From NCBI GenBank assembly GCA_964016885.1, contig OZ024743.1, forward strand, positions 213,838,001 through 213,902,000: 64,000 bases of DNA, written 5' to 3'. Each line of letters starts with the position of its first letter. Positions within the stretch are counted from its first letter, which is position 1. The translations under genes were made by a program, and so were the position numbers. This DNA comes from Eledone cirrhosa (Eukaryota). A model generated the notes under the pieces. That model was not told where the DNA came from. It saw only the letters and a program-made list of their open reading frames with translations, and did no database searches. Below, in pieces: positions 13,920 to 27,505 of this stretch.

Positions 13920-15762
13920 ATGAAAACAGGGAGAAAAAGACGATTAATAGGAAGACAAATATATTTTTTTCCTTTTTTTATTTCTTTCTCTCTTTTTTTC
14001 TGGGTTAGAAAATTATTAAAACTAAATATTTTACTTTGTGTGAAGTGTTAAGGTATTAGTTAATTTATTTTTTAATTAACAATGGCATTTATTTATTTAT
14101 TTTATATATTTAATAATTGTCTATTACCGGTTTCAGCATTTTTATGCATTATCAAATGATAATAAAATGTATTGGTGTAGAATGGTGGTGTTAGACATGT
14201 TAAAGAAATGGTGCAGAAAGAATAATGTTATTAACAAACAAGGTTTATGAAGTGAAAAGAAAAAAGAAAAAAGAACAAAAGGGGCGTAATGTGGAGCATA
14301 ATAAGTCAATGTGAAAGAAAAAATAATGTTATTTACAGGCATACTTCTTGAAGATAAGCAGATCAAAATGTGTTAATATAGCAAGAATGCTTAGTTGATC
14401 CATGATGGAGGCAAATTGTGGACTGGGGTTTGATATGATTTCCCTTTTTAGAGAGTTAATATGCAGGGGGAAATAATTCATGCTGGATGATATTTAATTT
14501 ATTTAAGAAAAAAGATTAGGTAGGGTGTTAGGGAGGTGACTCTTTAGAGAGACATAGGTATTTGTAAATGTTTGATTGTTCGTTCCAGTTTTAGTTTAGT
14601 CCGAAGTTTAGTGCATTGAGTAGAGGTTGGAATTTGTTAATGAAATACGTTTCCTGATGGTACGATGGATGAAAGTAGCGTTGTCTATGAATTTGTAAAT
14701 GGGGAACATTTTAAAGTTTGGATGTTGAGTGCACAATTGGCGATATGTTCACTAAATGCAATCTTTCTGTATTCCTGTATTTTGATTTGTAATTTATGGA
14801 CGGTCATACGTTGTCGGAGGCTGTTTTTAGTCTGTCATATGTGTGCTTTTGACAACCTGAGCAGGTCAAAAGAGAGATTAGGTTTTCAGATGCACATGTA
14901 AAGTTGTGTTTAACTGTGAAATATTGTTCTTGTTTAAAATGGAATGTTGAACCTTCTATTAGATTTATGCATATGCCACAGTTGGGCCTTCCGCATTTTG
15001 TTACTGTGGGGTTCATTGTGGGTGGTTTATTGGATTTTGGATGGTGTGAGGATGTTTTTTATGGATTTAGGTTGTCTTTTGCTCTTTATGATGTTGTGTG
15101 TTTGGAGGATTTTGTTCATTCTTGGGTCTCATTTTAGTAAAGGAATGTTCTAGAGGATGGTGTCGAATGCCTCATTGTTGAGGGGGTTGTGTGTGGAGAT
15201 GTATGGTAGAGTTTTCTTTGCGGTTCATTCCTGGGTTTGGGGTGTCTGAGTTCCTGGATGTCTAGTTTTAGGGCACGTTGGAATCCATTGGTGATTAGGG
15301 ATGGTGGGTAGTTTCTGCTGATAAGTGTGTTTTTAAATTCTTCTATTCGTGTGTAGCATGTTTATTTATCTGAAACTATTGTGCAGATCCTTCTGGCTAG
15401 GTTATAAGGAATTGCCGTGTTGGTGCGTCTATGGTGGCACGAGTTGTATAGAAGGTATTGTTTGGAGTCTGTGGGTTTGTAGTATATGTCTGTTTCTATT
15501 TTGTTTTCTGTTTTCTTGATGAGGATGTCGAGCAAAGGGAGTTGTTCATGGCTGCAATCCATTGTGAATTGTAAGTTTGTGTTGAGTCCATTCAGAAAGG
15601 TTTTAAACTCAATCAGTCTACCTATACTTTCATGCCAGCAGATGAAGCAGTCGTCCAGATAAATCTCTTCCAGTTCTTTTCTATGTGTTGGTAGAATTGG
15701 TTGCCGTATTTGTCTGGAACTTTGCGGTAGAGAGTGGTTTCCAAATATCCCATGACAAGGTT
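13920..15762 (-). mobile_element. 5'-truncated, decayed Neptune-type PLE (RT C-terminus + GIY-YIG)
   Basis: Minus strand: NLVMGYLE...YLDDCFICW...LPLLDILI...TDIYYKPTDSKQYLLYNSCH...KCGRPNCGIC...FTCASENLI. Degenerate HHR ttgataatgcataaaaatgctGAAACCGGTAatag at 14121-14159. TA runs at both ends. Confidence 0.85.
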
Positions 15763-15818
15763 ATATATATACACTCTGTATAAGCTCCATGTTTGTGTAT
15801 TTTTGTACTGAGGTTACT

Positions 15819-15873
<55 letters not shown>

Positions 15874-15874
<1 letters not shown>

Positions 15875-16763
15875 GAGGTGTGTCAGAAAGGTTCCAGGAC
15901 TAATGTCACAAAAGATTTATTTCAAACCCAAACTTCACACTAAGAGATTTCTCCCCCTGTAATCCCCTTGGGGTATGTAACTGTAATCTTACCTCTCTGC
16001 AGCGATCAAACTTTTTTCTTCATAGTTTTATGTAATTGTCCCGTTTCAGATCGTCAAGAAATGAGCACAGAGCAACGAACAAACTTTAAACCTCCGTCAA
16101 AAGCACTGGGAATGCTGCAGAAAGTGCATGGAGATGAGACGATGTCACGCTCACGTGTTTTTGAGTGGTGCAAGAGGTTTAAAGAAGGACGCAAAGACGT
16201 GGAAGATGATCCCAGGAGCGGAAGACCCTCAACAACCAGGACTGAGGTCAACGTTGAGCGCGCCAGGCAGATGGTGCGTAGCGATCGTCGGCTGGCTGTT
16301 CGACTGATGGCAAATGAGCTGGGCATGAATCGGGACAGCGGCTGGAAGATTCTCACTAAAGATTTGAACATGCGGAAAGTCTGTGCGAAGAAGGCGCCAA
16401 AACTGCTGAACGATGACCAGAAGGTTCGACGGATGCAAGTGTGCCAGGACATCCTTGAACGTCTTGAAACCGAACCAGACTTGTTAGGGACAGACATCAC
16501 CGGTGATGAGTCATGGATCTTCGAGTACGACCCGGATGGGACCCGTTTTGAAGACGTGGATGACATCAAAAAAGCCGTGACGACGGAACTGCGGAGGATC
16601 CAGGAGGAATCTTTGCAGGAGTGCATGCAAGCGTGGCAGAAAAGGATGGAAAAGTGCATTAGACTCCAGGGGAATTACTTTGAAGGAGAGAACTCTTAGT
16701 GTGAAATTTTGGTTTTAAATAAATCTTTTGTGACATCAGTCCTGGAACTTTTCTGACCCACCT

Positions 16764-16765
<2 letters not shown>
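15874..16765 (+). mobile_element. mariner transposon, internally deleted, ~70-bp TIRs, inserted in (TA)n
   Basis: Left end cgaggtgtgtcagaaaggttccaggact...cacactaagag is mirrored by ctcttagtgtg...agtcctggaacttttctgacccaccttg. TA on both sides. Confidence 0.92.
16061..16699 (+). CDS. mariner transposase with in-frame deletion of most of the DDD domain
   Basis: HTH region SRSRVFEWCKRFKEGR, RSGRP linker, then ITGDESWIFEYDP joined directly to GTRFEDVDDIK...W.KR..KCI...G.YFEG. The HDNA and YSPDL motifs are missing. Confidence 0.75.
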   Translation: MSTEQRTNFKPPSKALGMLQKVHGDETMSRSRVFEWCKRFKEGRKDVEDDPRSGRPSTTRTEVNVERARQMVRSDRRLAVRLMANELGMNRDSGWKILTKDLNMRKVCAKKAPKLLNDDQKVRRMQVCQDILERLETEPDLLGTDITGDESWIFEYDPDGTRFEDVDDIKKAVTTELRRIQEESLQECMQAWQKRMEKCIRLQGNYFEGENS

Positions 16766-16806
<41 letters not shown>

Positions 16807-16817
16807 GTGTGTGTGTG

Positions 16818-17163
<346 letters not shown>

Positions 17164-17740
17164 AGATAAAAGTCCATAGAATCATTTGATAAAATATATA
17201 GATTATTTCTTCTCCCAATCAGCATAATCAGCCACATAAAAAATCAATTAAAAGAGGCTATAAGTTTAAAACCTATGACGAAACAATAGATAAATAAATG
17301 ATAGCTATTTTATCCGCGATCCACAGCCACAGAAGATTTACGTAGTATTTCTAATAGCCCGTAGAAATTGACTAGACATATTGCTAACCATACACAATTA
17401 GGTACAAAATCAAAGTTAGAAGAAAAAATGTACATAAACATACCAGAATCATTTTTCTACCCACTGAGGTTTCATTCGCTTTTTGGAAATATCCGATCAT
17501 GGATAAATCAACGAGTTTCGAAATCATCAGGAAACGAACTCAATTGGACAAAGATTTTTCTTAAATGATCCCCGCCAGAAACGAATTCAAAATGGCTAAG
17601 AATTGTCACATGGCCAGTGGTCAAGTCAGAAAGCTTGTGATTGGTGCTTGACAGCGAGTAGGCTGGTTGCTAGAAAGCGCAGCCGAATACTGCCTAAATT
17701 TTACTCAACCTTACGTGAATATATAAAATATAGAGTTTTC

Positions 17741-17825
<85 letters not shown>

Positions 17826-17833
<8 letters not shown>

Positions 17834-18625
17834 AGAATATAAAAGAAAAACGAACACAGACATATACATATATGTGTTCAAATCGTAAGGGACCTGATTC
17901 GCTAAGTTGAAAAGAAATCTAACTATAGACAATAGTTTTCGCTTGTCTCAATTTAAGAAACAAATTAACAAAATAAATACAAACCCGAATTGTGGTAACT
18001 ACCAATCACCCAGACAACTTGTCGTTTCGCAAAGTTAATTGTGAATAGAAATACCAATCCAAACTCATCAGTGGCTGATGAATTAGTATCCTAGGCACAT
18101 CTAAGTATGCTATATATAAAATACATAAAATAGTGCACATGGCATCCTATCGTGTCTCAAAAACCCATCCCACTAAAAATAGCAGACAGGTTTACTCGAC
18201 ATTTGAAATAGCTCAACAAATTAACAGAGCCGAATATATCAAAGGTATATATTGAGTTGGGAACTAAAAATAGTCTCTTACAATAAAATAGCTCTAAGAA
18301 AGAGATATTTCTGAGCCGTATATTATAATAGAATATGAAAGAAAAACGAACACAGACATATGCATATATGAGTTCAAATCGTAAGGGACCTGATTCGCTA
18401 AGATGAAAAGAATACTAACTATAGACAATAGTAAACCTGGCTGCTATTTTTAGTGGTGTGGGTTTATGAGACACGCTAGGATGCCATGGTCCCTTACGAT
18501 TTGAACACATATATGCCTGTGTTCGTTTTACATTTATATTCTAATCTACGGCTCAGAAATATCTCTTTCTTAGAGCTATTTTATTGTAAGAGACTATTTT
18601 GAGTTCCTAACTCAATATATGCCTT

Positions 18626-18630
<5 letters not shown>
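17826..18630. mobile_element. rearranged (TA)n-flanked PLE pseudo-LTR patchwork
   Basis: 17826-17935 recurs directly at 18323-18432. 18433-18487 is the reverse complement of 18139-18193, and 18488-18630 is the reverse complement of 18235-18390. Confidence 0.8.
18007..18077 (-). ncRNA. type I hammerhead ribozyme with canonical core
   Basis: cagcca-CTGATGA-g(long stem II)c-GAAAC-gacaagtt-GTC-tgggtg. Stem III is ACGAC/GTTGT and the triplet is GUC. Confidence 0.8.
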
Positions 18631-18661
<31 letters not shown>

Positions 18662-18722
18662 CAAAATGATACAGTAGAATGAAAATATATTGGTTTAACG
18701 CCTGATGTTGTAGGAAAACTGT

Positions 18723-18755
18723 CTTCACGTTTCGGTCTTTTTCCTGTATTAGAAG
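18723..18755 (-). ncRNA. decayed minimal HHR of the 13490 type
   Basis: ctt-CTAATAC-a-GG-aaaaaga-CC-GAAAC-GTG-aag. The scaffold is retained but the core is mutated. Confidence 0.35.
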
Positions 18756-19087
18756 TTAGAATGAAGTAATAGTAAGCTAGAGGAGAGTGAGAATGGTAAG
18801 TAACAGATATATATTTATATATATTTGTTTTGCGAGGTTTTTGATATGGAATCGTGTGTCGAAACAGATATTGTTATACTTGGGGAGGGTCATATTGTTG
18901 TAATATTGTTGTAATAATAAATAACAGAATACACTCACTGTTTGGTTGGTTTTCGTTTCTGTATCTTTTATATCTCCATAGTTAATTCATCCGGCAATCA
19001 ATGTTTATCACTGTTGACCAACGGTCAAAAATACAGATACAAATACATATATATATATCTAGTTAATATATAAATACATATATATAG

Positions 19088-19905
19088 TCTAACAAAGTTT
19101 TTTCGTTGCACGTCTGCAACATCATCAGTGGTACTATTATGTTTCCTCCTGTTGTATTGTATGTCTACGCCATTTTTATTTTATCTGTTTATATATTTAT
19201 TTATTTATTTATTTTTGTCTTCTTCTTTGCGCATGGGTTTGCGTATGTGTATAGTGTTTGGTGTGTGTGTTCGCGTTTGGGTGACTGTGTTTTGGTTATT
19301 GTATTCTATCTTAGTTTATTAGTGTGTTTTTTTATATGTGTTTGTTGTTATTGTGATTGTGTATATATTTATTAATTTATTTATTTATATTTCTCTTAAG
19401 TCAATATTTTTTGTTTTAGTGTTGTTACTCAATTCATTTTTTCTGTTTAACTATGGCTTTCTAGGCTCTATTTCGTTTGCCTCTCTGATTTGCCTACCTG
19501 CTGGGTCATTTCGATGATTAGATATTATTTTAATTCCTATGTTGTTTATGTTACCGTCATGTTGTTGTCTGGCGTGTTCGTATAGTACTGAACCGTTATT
19601 TTGTCCTTTTAATTCCCCCCATTGTTGGTCTATTCTTTCTTCTAGGCTTCGAACGGTCTCGCCTATGTATGTTGTTGTCATGTTTCTGCAAGTACCCTCT
19701 GTACATCTTATGCTATAGACTACGTTTCTAGTTTTACAGTTTATCCGGTGGTTTACTTTACATATAACACATTTCTTATTAGTACAGGGTATGTAAAAGG
19801 GTATGTTTTGCTGATCAGGCATTTCATGGTAGTTCCTGGCAATTCTACCACATTAATCTTTAAGTGGGTCTTTCTCAGGGCCTTTCTACATTGGTTAGCT
19901 AATTT
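19088..19905 (-). mobile_element. 5'-truncated PLE: GIY-YIG endonuclease fragment plus 3' region with HHR-like motif
   Basis: ORF 19451-19822 reads PCTNKKCVICK...CKTRNVVYSIRC..C...YIGETVRSLEER...EANEI. cca-CTGATGA-t-GTTGCA-gacg-TGCAAC-GAAA lies at 19101-19131. Confidence 0.85.
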
Positions 19906-20519
19906 ATATATATATATATATTATATATGTGTATGTATAGGAAGGGAACATTCGCATTCAGCTGTCCATTAAGTCAAGTGCTGAGCTGAATGTATCTTAG
20001 CTATTAGAGAGGTGTAAATACTTGTTATAATTTGAGTGGACCTGTGGACATGTGTGTATGCATGTGTGAGTGCTTATTTGTATGTGTATTGTGTGTGTGT
20101 ATATGAATGTATGTGTATGTGTGCGTTTGTGCATGTGAGTATTTGTCTGTGTAAATATGTGAGGTTAACCGAAGATGATACTTAAAATGATTTCATTAAC
20201 TTATTAATTAACTAAATTGTGATTTGCAGATTAATTAATCTATCAAATCAGTAGAATAGTTTCAAACACTTAACAATCAACTTTCCTCAAGAAATCCATA
20301 TAAGATTTCGAGAATACATAACCCAAAGATTTATATATCAATCCATGGTCATTAAAAGGAAACGCTCAAACCAGAGGTGGTTGTTTAGTTGGGTGAAGAA
20401 GAGCGCTTTGGTTTATTTAAGCATCATGTTATTAGATTAAAACAGTAACAGGCTAATGCAAAACAACAAATCATCCAAGTTGCAGTATAGTTTATATAAA
20501 TAAGCAGAAATATATTTTT

Positions 20520-21540
20520 AAATTTACTACGTTTTATTTTTTGTTGTACAAACTTTATTTTGCCGAATATTATCGCTCCAACCACTTCTGGAAGACCCCC
20601 TTGTACTCCTCCAGGGCGCTTGTCACAGCCACTATCATCTCCTCGAGATCCTTAAAGTGGATAACCTTGAGCTTCTCCTTCAGCTTCGAGAACATCCAAA
20701 AGTCGCATGGAGTTATGTCTGGACTGTAGGGAAGATTAGGGACAACCTTGAACCCTAAATCGGCCAAATAGTTGCTCACTTGGATGGATTTGTAGCAATG
20801 GGCATTGTCCTTGTGTAGGTACGACTGATCAGACATGAAGAGTTCTGGTCTCTTGCGACGGAACCTCTTTCTGAATTGCCTCAAAATCTCTACATAGTAC
20901 ACTTTGTTGACTGCCTGACCGTGGGAGTCACAGTGAATGTAGATGAAGCCCTTGTTGACGAATGCCATCATCATAAGCTTCCCAGTCGACCTGTTTTCTG
21001 TCTTGGGAAGTCACAATTTTTCCACTGGTCTCTGGATCATAACAGTAAAACTAGCTCTCGTCACAAGTTACCAGAGACTCAAAGACATTTGTATTCGAAG
21101 CCTTCCGCTTAAACATCTCCCTCCTGATATCAACGTGCATCTGTCTTTGATATTCATTGTTCACCCTGGGAACAAACTTTGCACAAACTTTGCGCATGTT
21201 CCGATCGTTATGAATGACTGTGCACAGTTGCCCCAGCCACTTCAAATTGGTTAGCAATCGTTAGAGATGAGCGACGGTCTTCGTTTAGAAATTTGAAAAT
21301 TGTTCTATCAACCTTGGCGTCTTGTTATCTCTGTCCTTGCCATGTCTTTCATTGTCCTCACCTGTTCCCCTACCTCTTGGAATCTCTTGCGCAAGCGGAA
21401 AACACCCCTCTCATGAAATTTAGTCCGTAAACAGCTATGCCTATTTCATAGGTTTTTAGGGCGTTTTTACCGAGCTTGACAAAACTGTATTGCATATCGA
21501 GCCTCCAAGTTGTGATAATGTCCCGACTGCAATGTGGAAC
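20520..21540 (-). mobile_element. decayed mariner transposase copy (different subfamily from 15874)
   Basis: Fragments MRKVCAKFVPR, LVTCDES, LHKDNAH and PYSPDITPCDFWMF, with frameshifts and stops. TIRs not recognisable. Confidence 0.88.
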
Positions 21541-21808
21541 CAAACAGTTGTGACAAGCTGTGTATGACGGGTAGTGTTGAAAGTGGTGCAGCGGCTCGAA
21601 CCTTCAACCTGGAAAACAAAGATTTGGCATGTTAGCTTATAGCCATATCAATGATGTATACGAGTGACAGTTATGTAGGTCAACAATTAATAGGGCCTGG
21701 AAAGAAAAAGAAATGTCTCAGAACGACATCAGTGTAACTGGTATTAGCTAGTGAATATTAGGAAGGCACATTAAACACGCATCCACGCACATATATATAC
21801 CCCAACCC

Positions 21809-21840
<32 letters not shown>

Positions 21841-21845
21841 TATAT

Positions 21846-22049
21846 ATAGGAGTAAGTAAGACCCCGACGGCTGAGCTCAAGCCGTTTCGACGGCTAATTC
21901 TGTACAGAATTGAGTATAGAATTAGCCGTCGAAACGGCTTGAGCTCAGCCGTCGGGGTCTTACTTACTCCTATTTCCCACTCTACTACCCTAAGTATTGA
22001 GTAATTTGGTGCGTTATGGTCCACCTGGTTCCTTACCACTTTTCCCTCG

Positions 22050-22050
<1 letters not shown>
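21846..22050 (+). mobile_element. (TA)n-flanked fold-back mini-element carrying the 3' half of an HHR
   Basis: Arms 21846-21905 and 21914-21973, tail to 22050. The arm contains GAAAC-ggc-ttgagctca-gcc-GTC-gggg. Confidence 0.85.
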
Positions 22051-22103
<53 letters not shown>

Positions 22104-22156
22104 ATCCCGGGTTCAATCGAATGAAACAGTTCTAGTCCGGTAGAAGTCATTTCTAT

Positions 22157-22200
<44 letters not shown>

Positions 22201-22313
22201 TAACGAAGGAATTGTGGTAAGGAACCAGATGGACCATAACGCACCAACGTACTCAATACTTAGGGTAGTAGTGTGGGTAATAGGAACAAGTATGACCCCG
22301 ACGGCAGAGCTCA
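22201..22313 (-). mobile_element. second, diverged copy of the 21940-22050 3' tail
   Basis: Reverse complement of the tail (gtggtaaggaaccag.tggaccataacgcaccaa). TA-flanked and truncated inside HHR stem III. Confidence 0.85.
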
Positions 22314-23494
22314 TATATAAATATAAATTTAGCGAGAATCGCATTTCGGCGGGTAGAAAATAGCGAAACGCAATTCCGTATTGTGCAGACAAGCGCTCCA
22401 TGGATATGAAGATACCAGAGCTATAAACATAACTTAAAATGACCATACAAACTGAGACGATGGTTAAGAAGCCATTAACCACCTTAGCCAAAAAAGCGAA
22501 CAAGCTAAACGTCTCAAATAAAATAAGATATTATTTGAAATAGTTACCCGGACCCTCGGGGAAGATGGAATACTCCAACTGTTGGGTTTCTGCAACACCT
22601 AAATCAATAATACTGTCTACTTATAAAAAATAAGCTTTTGGTATAATGATCGAACAAGGCATCGCTTTCTCAACAGGCATTTTGTTATATATATATATGT
22701 GTGTGTGTGTGTGTATATATGTGTGTGTGTGTGTGTATAAATAATGTGTGTGTGTTTGTGTGTGTGTATGTATACATATGGGATGCACCTGAGCCTGTGT
22801 GCTTGCAACGATGTGCGTTGACATACACGCATATGTACTTTATGCCGAAATAGGAACTGTAGTCCTTTGCATTTCCGGATTTTGATACTCAGGTTTTAGT
22901 GTTTTACACTCCAGTTTTGTCTCATTTGCTTTCAAAACGCACTACCCTATGATAGTGTAAGAATTATAATTCTTTACACTTTTCGATTCGAACACACAGT
23001 TAACACTTTCCAAATCTTTCAAATTTTGATATTGCTTAAAGCACACACGCATTATATTTTTTTTATTTGTTTGGCACCCCCACCACGTGAAATGGTGGCA
23101 GGTTAGATGCCAACCCCCACACACAAATTCTTCTGAACATAGCAGCAGCAAACCAACGCTGACCTGCCAGCTGACTCCTTAACACCACTATCACTACCAA
23201 CACAATAGAGGAGGTCAGCTGTACTTAAACAAAACAACTACAACAGATTGTCTTGCCTCAGAAAAATCTCTATATACCTTTGACTGTAGTATGTATATAT
23301 GTACGTATGGATTTACCGAACATTTATTATAATGCTCGGTGTGTTTGTAAACAAACATCCTGAATTAAGCCGTACTACTGTACGTCTGTATACATATATG
23401 TATGTACGTATACATACTTATATTTAAGTAACAGCCGAACTAAGATTGATAAATGAAATTTCGTTTCATTTATTCAGTTTATATATATATATAT

Positions 23495-25683
23495 AAAGCA
23501 CCGTAATAAAAACAACACCTTCTTAAACAAACCTAGCACCTCTATTAATGATTTCAAAACTAGTAGTAACATTTTTGTACATGACGACAAAACTAATAAC
23601 ATATACAGCCTAGATTATAGTACTTATAGAAAGTTTATATATAATGAACTACATAAAAGCTACAAGAAAACCACTATGAAAACTTAGAAGATATTAATAT
23701 GGAAGGCTATAATATAGTATCCAAACTAGGGCTCCAGAGACATACACAACCTTTCCCCCCCCCCTAGATTCTCTCTGAAGGACAATAAGGAGGACTTCGT
23801 TAGCAACCCCTCGATTAGACTGATCTGCCCCTCCAAGTCTGACATTAGCATTATCAGTAAAATAATTCTAGATAAAATCATCCCACAGATTAAACACAAA
23901 ATTTACCTTAAACAATGGGGAAATACGGGTGAAGTGATTGAATGGTTCAAATATATCAAAGATAACAAGGATACAAATTTAATTCAATTTGATATCAATT
24001 CTTACTACACCTCTATTTCCCCTATCCTATTAAATAAGGCACTTATAATGGCCATGGACAATAGGGACCTGACTAGACCCCAGATTGACGTCATACTTGC
24101 GGCACGTAAAACACTAATCACCTTTGAGGACGAATTATGGACCCACAAGGATGCGCAAAACAACTTCGACATTACCATGGGGTATAGTGACTCGGCGCAG
24201 GTCACTGATTTAGTCGGCCTATATTTACTTAACCAAATACATAAGGACCTTCCTTACCTCAGCGGTGGTTTGTATCGCGACGATGCACATCTACTTATAG
24301 ATTATAAAAAAATCAATATAGAAAGAACTAGAAAACTACTGCACAAAACATTCAAAAACTATAACCTTAGTATTACCATAGACAGAAACACCCAAAACGT
24401 CAACTTTCTAGACGCCACACTCTACCTAGACTCAATGATATATGCACCTTTCCACAAACCTAATAAAAAACTCATCTACGTAGATACCAAGTCTAAGCAC
24501 CCTAGATCTATATTAAACTCTATCTCTAAGGGAGTATCTAATAGAATCTCTAATCTATCCTATGACATAAACACATTTAACAATAACTCGCAATATTATA
24601 ATCAGGCATTAGCTAGATCAGGCCATAATAGGGGGATAGAGTTCCTACCTACAAAAACGTATAGCTACAACATTATTTCACACAACATGTCCATGAGAAA
24701 ATTTAATAATAAGAATAGCAACCACACACACACTAATAGAGATAATAACAACAAAAGTAACACACACCACATAAATTACCATAGTAACATAAAAGTAAAC
24801 AAATCACTAGACATAAAAAACAGAAATAGAAGAAGAAATAATACATTTTTCAACCCTCCTTTCAATCTAAACGTCTCCACCAACCTACCAAGTGCTTTCT
24901 TCTCACTACTGGATAAAAACTTCCAAACCGGCCACAAGTACCATAGCCTTTTAAACAAAAACACTATTAAAATCTCATACTCTACTACGCCTAACTTAGC
25001 ATACCACATAGCTAATAGCAATAAAAGAAAAATTAATTCTTACTTCCAACAAACTAAATCACAACAGAGGATAAACCTTCAAAATAACATTCAAAATAAC
25101 ATTATAGCAACTAACCCTAATATCAATAGAAATAATAGTAATAGTACTAGTGTAAACACTAACGCTGCGAACGACAACCCACATAGCCATAACCCTATAG
25201 CTAACATCCAAACTTTTCCACAGCATAATAACCGGCAGACTAACACCCAGAATAATTGTAACTGTAGATCTAATAGAACCTGTCCTTTAGATAAAATGCT
25301 TAACCAAGGATATCATATACTCATGTACAGTCACAACTAACAACTCTTCTGAAACATATATAGGCTCTACTTCTAACTGCTTCAAAACTAGATACAATTC
25401 GCACCTCCACTCTTTCAAAAAACACAGTCTAGCCAACTCCACTTCACTATCTAACTACATACACTATCTAAAAACTAAAAATAAACTATATACACTTAAA
25501 TGGGAAGTGGTAGGTAGTGCAACATTGTACAAACCACCTAATAAATTTTGTAACCTCTGTCTACTAGAGACCCATACTATCATCTTCTCTAACCATAATC
25601 TCCTTAATAAAAAATCAGAAGTGTTCGCATCTTGCCAACACCGCTTCCGACACTCTTTCCAAAACTTTAAACCCTATATATAA
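23495..25683 (+). pseudogene. Naiad-type RT-GIY-YIG polyprotein, frameshifted
   Basis: DKTNNIY, LKDNKEDF..NP..RLICPSKSD, QFDINSYYTSI, MGYSDSAQVTDLVG, GLYRDD, FNPPF. After a frameshift at ~25295: CLTKDIIYSC...YIGST...FKTRY..H...CNLCLLE...LLNKKSE...CQHR, stop at 25681-25683. Confidence 0.88.
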
Positions 25684-26039
25684 CAATGTCAGACTGGAAC
25701 CGTCACCACCCCTAGCAAATAGCATCAGTGGCACACCTTACACCTCATCTCCACACCCATTTATATACTCTAAAGCTAATAGTGGCAACCTTATAATATC
25801 ATCTACCCTTGGGATACCCCCATGTACTTCTAATTGTGATATCTTGATACTTAAACTGCATTGCACAAATATTTGATTAATATAAACTGTAGACACTGTA
25901 TTGGTTGTGCTAACATAATCCTGTGCATGGAGTGCCACCATGAGATAGATTGATGATTAAGTAATTAATATTATTATTAAGTGACTATATATTCTATACG
26001 GTGAGTACAATGAATTATGCACAGGTGATGTATGAATTA

Positions 26040-26690
26040 GGAGTTTATGTGTTGCTTGATGACCTGATTGGTATCTTTTGATGAGAGAACTGGTCCCTGG
26101 ACCACCCTAGTGATATTTGAATTTACCAGGGATTCAGTCATACAATGATCCGAAACTTGCCGGGAGTCTTGTATGATAATAAGACCCTTATTAGTAGTGA
26201 GACCCATATACATATAATTTAATTAATTTTGAAGTTTAACTCTTCTTATAGATTGTCCAGGTGTGGCACTCCATATTAGATTGTAATCATCATGATATGA
26301 ACTCCTTTAGTACTTATTAATAGACTCCACTCTAATTTGTAGATAAGAAACCTAATTTAATTTATATATGAGATGGGAGTTTATGTATTGCTTGATGGCC
26401 AGACTAGTGTCTTTGTATGAGAGAATTGATCTCCGGACCACCCTGGAGATATTCAAAATTGCCAAGGATTCAGACATACAATACCCAGAGCTTACCGGGA
26501 GTCATATATAATAATAGGACCATGCCAGGTCCTGCGGGTGGAATACACTTACAAAGAACATTGATTTGGAGGTCTGACTCTTCTCATAGAATGTTTAGAT
26601 ATGACACCCCTTAATAGAAGGTAATCATCCTGATATATACATCTTTAGTACTTCTTAATAGACAACACTGTAACCTATAGATAATCTAGA
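26040..26690. repeat. diverged tandem duplication, period ~336 bp
   Basis: ggagtttatgt.ttgcttgatg.cc.ga...atgagagaa.tg.tc...ggaccaccct...ccgggagtc starts at 26040 and again at 26376. Confidence 0.8.
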
Positions 26691-27299
26691 AATTAGTTAT
26701 AACAGCATATGATAGGCACCTATTTGAAACACCATTAATGTAATTTAGGATAATAAATTTAACTAAGAAAACCAGCTAGTTACGTACCTTTACGCATTAA
26801 CTCCCCTTGGTCACACACACACTTCCGGAATATAATATCATCACACAAAACTAAACAACATGATCTATTAATTAAGAATCGACAGGATATGGTTTATAAC
26901 TTGGTTATATGCTGAACCATCGTGGATTATATGATAGACCCGTGGTCTATATATTGCGTCTCATGGATTATGTGAGTGGTGATGTACGCGAAGACAGTGG
27001 TACTGTTTTGCCTACGCTATAATATGTTTTATAATATGTTTGATATTTTTGATATTCTGGTGTTTCTCTACATTCGGGATTGTATATCATACAGGTGTAT
27101 ACGAAAAAATGATTTAACAATTCAGCCCACATAATACTATCGATTGACTGCTTCAACTCCCTGACCCTGCAAGTAACAATCTGCCGCACTCTAATCCTGT
27201 ATAAATAAGACACGCGTGCATGCTACACGTGAGATTGTTTCATACACTGACTACTCTAAACTTTCTTCTTGCTTTATGTTCATAAACTGCCAATGTTTC

Positions 27300-27366
27300 A
27301 TTTTTATTTTTATTTTTATTTTTATTTTTATTTTTATTTTTATTTTTATTTTTATTTTTATTTTTA
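27300..27366. repeat. (TTTTTA)n microsatellite
   Basis: Direct reading of the sequence. Confidence 0.95.
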
Positions 27367-27505
27367 TCCTTTAAGCTTTATATGTAAATTGCCATGCTAT
27401 ATCATTTTGATGGATGTCATCCCACTGTGGGTCAATATATGCATATGTTTTTATATGTCTCTTGTGTTGAAAAGGAGGTCAAGTATGTTATAGATCACTA
27501 AATAG

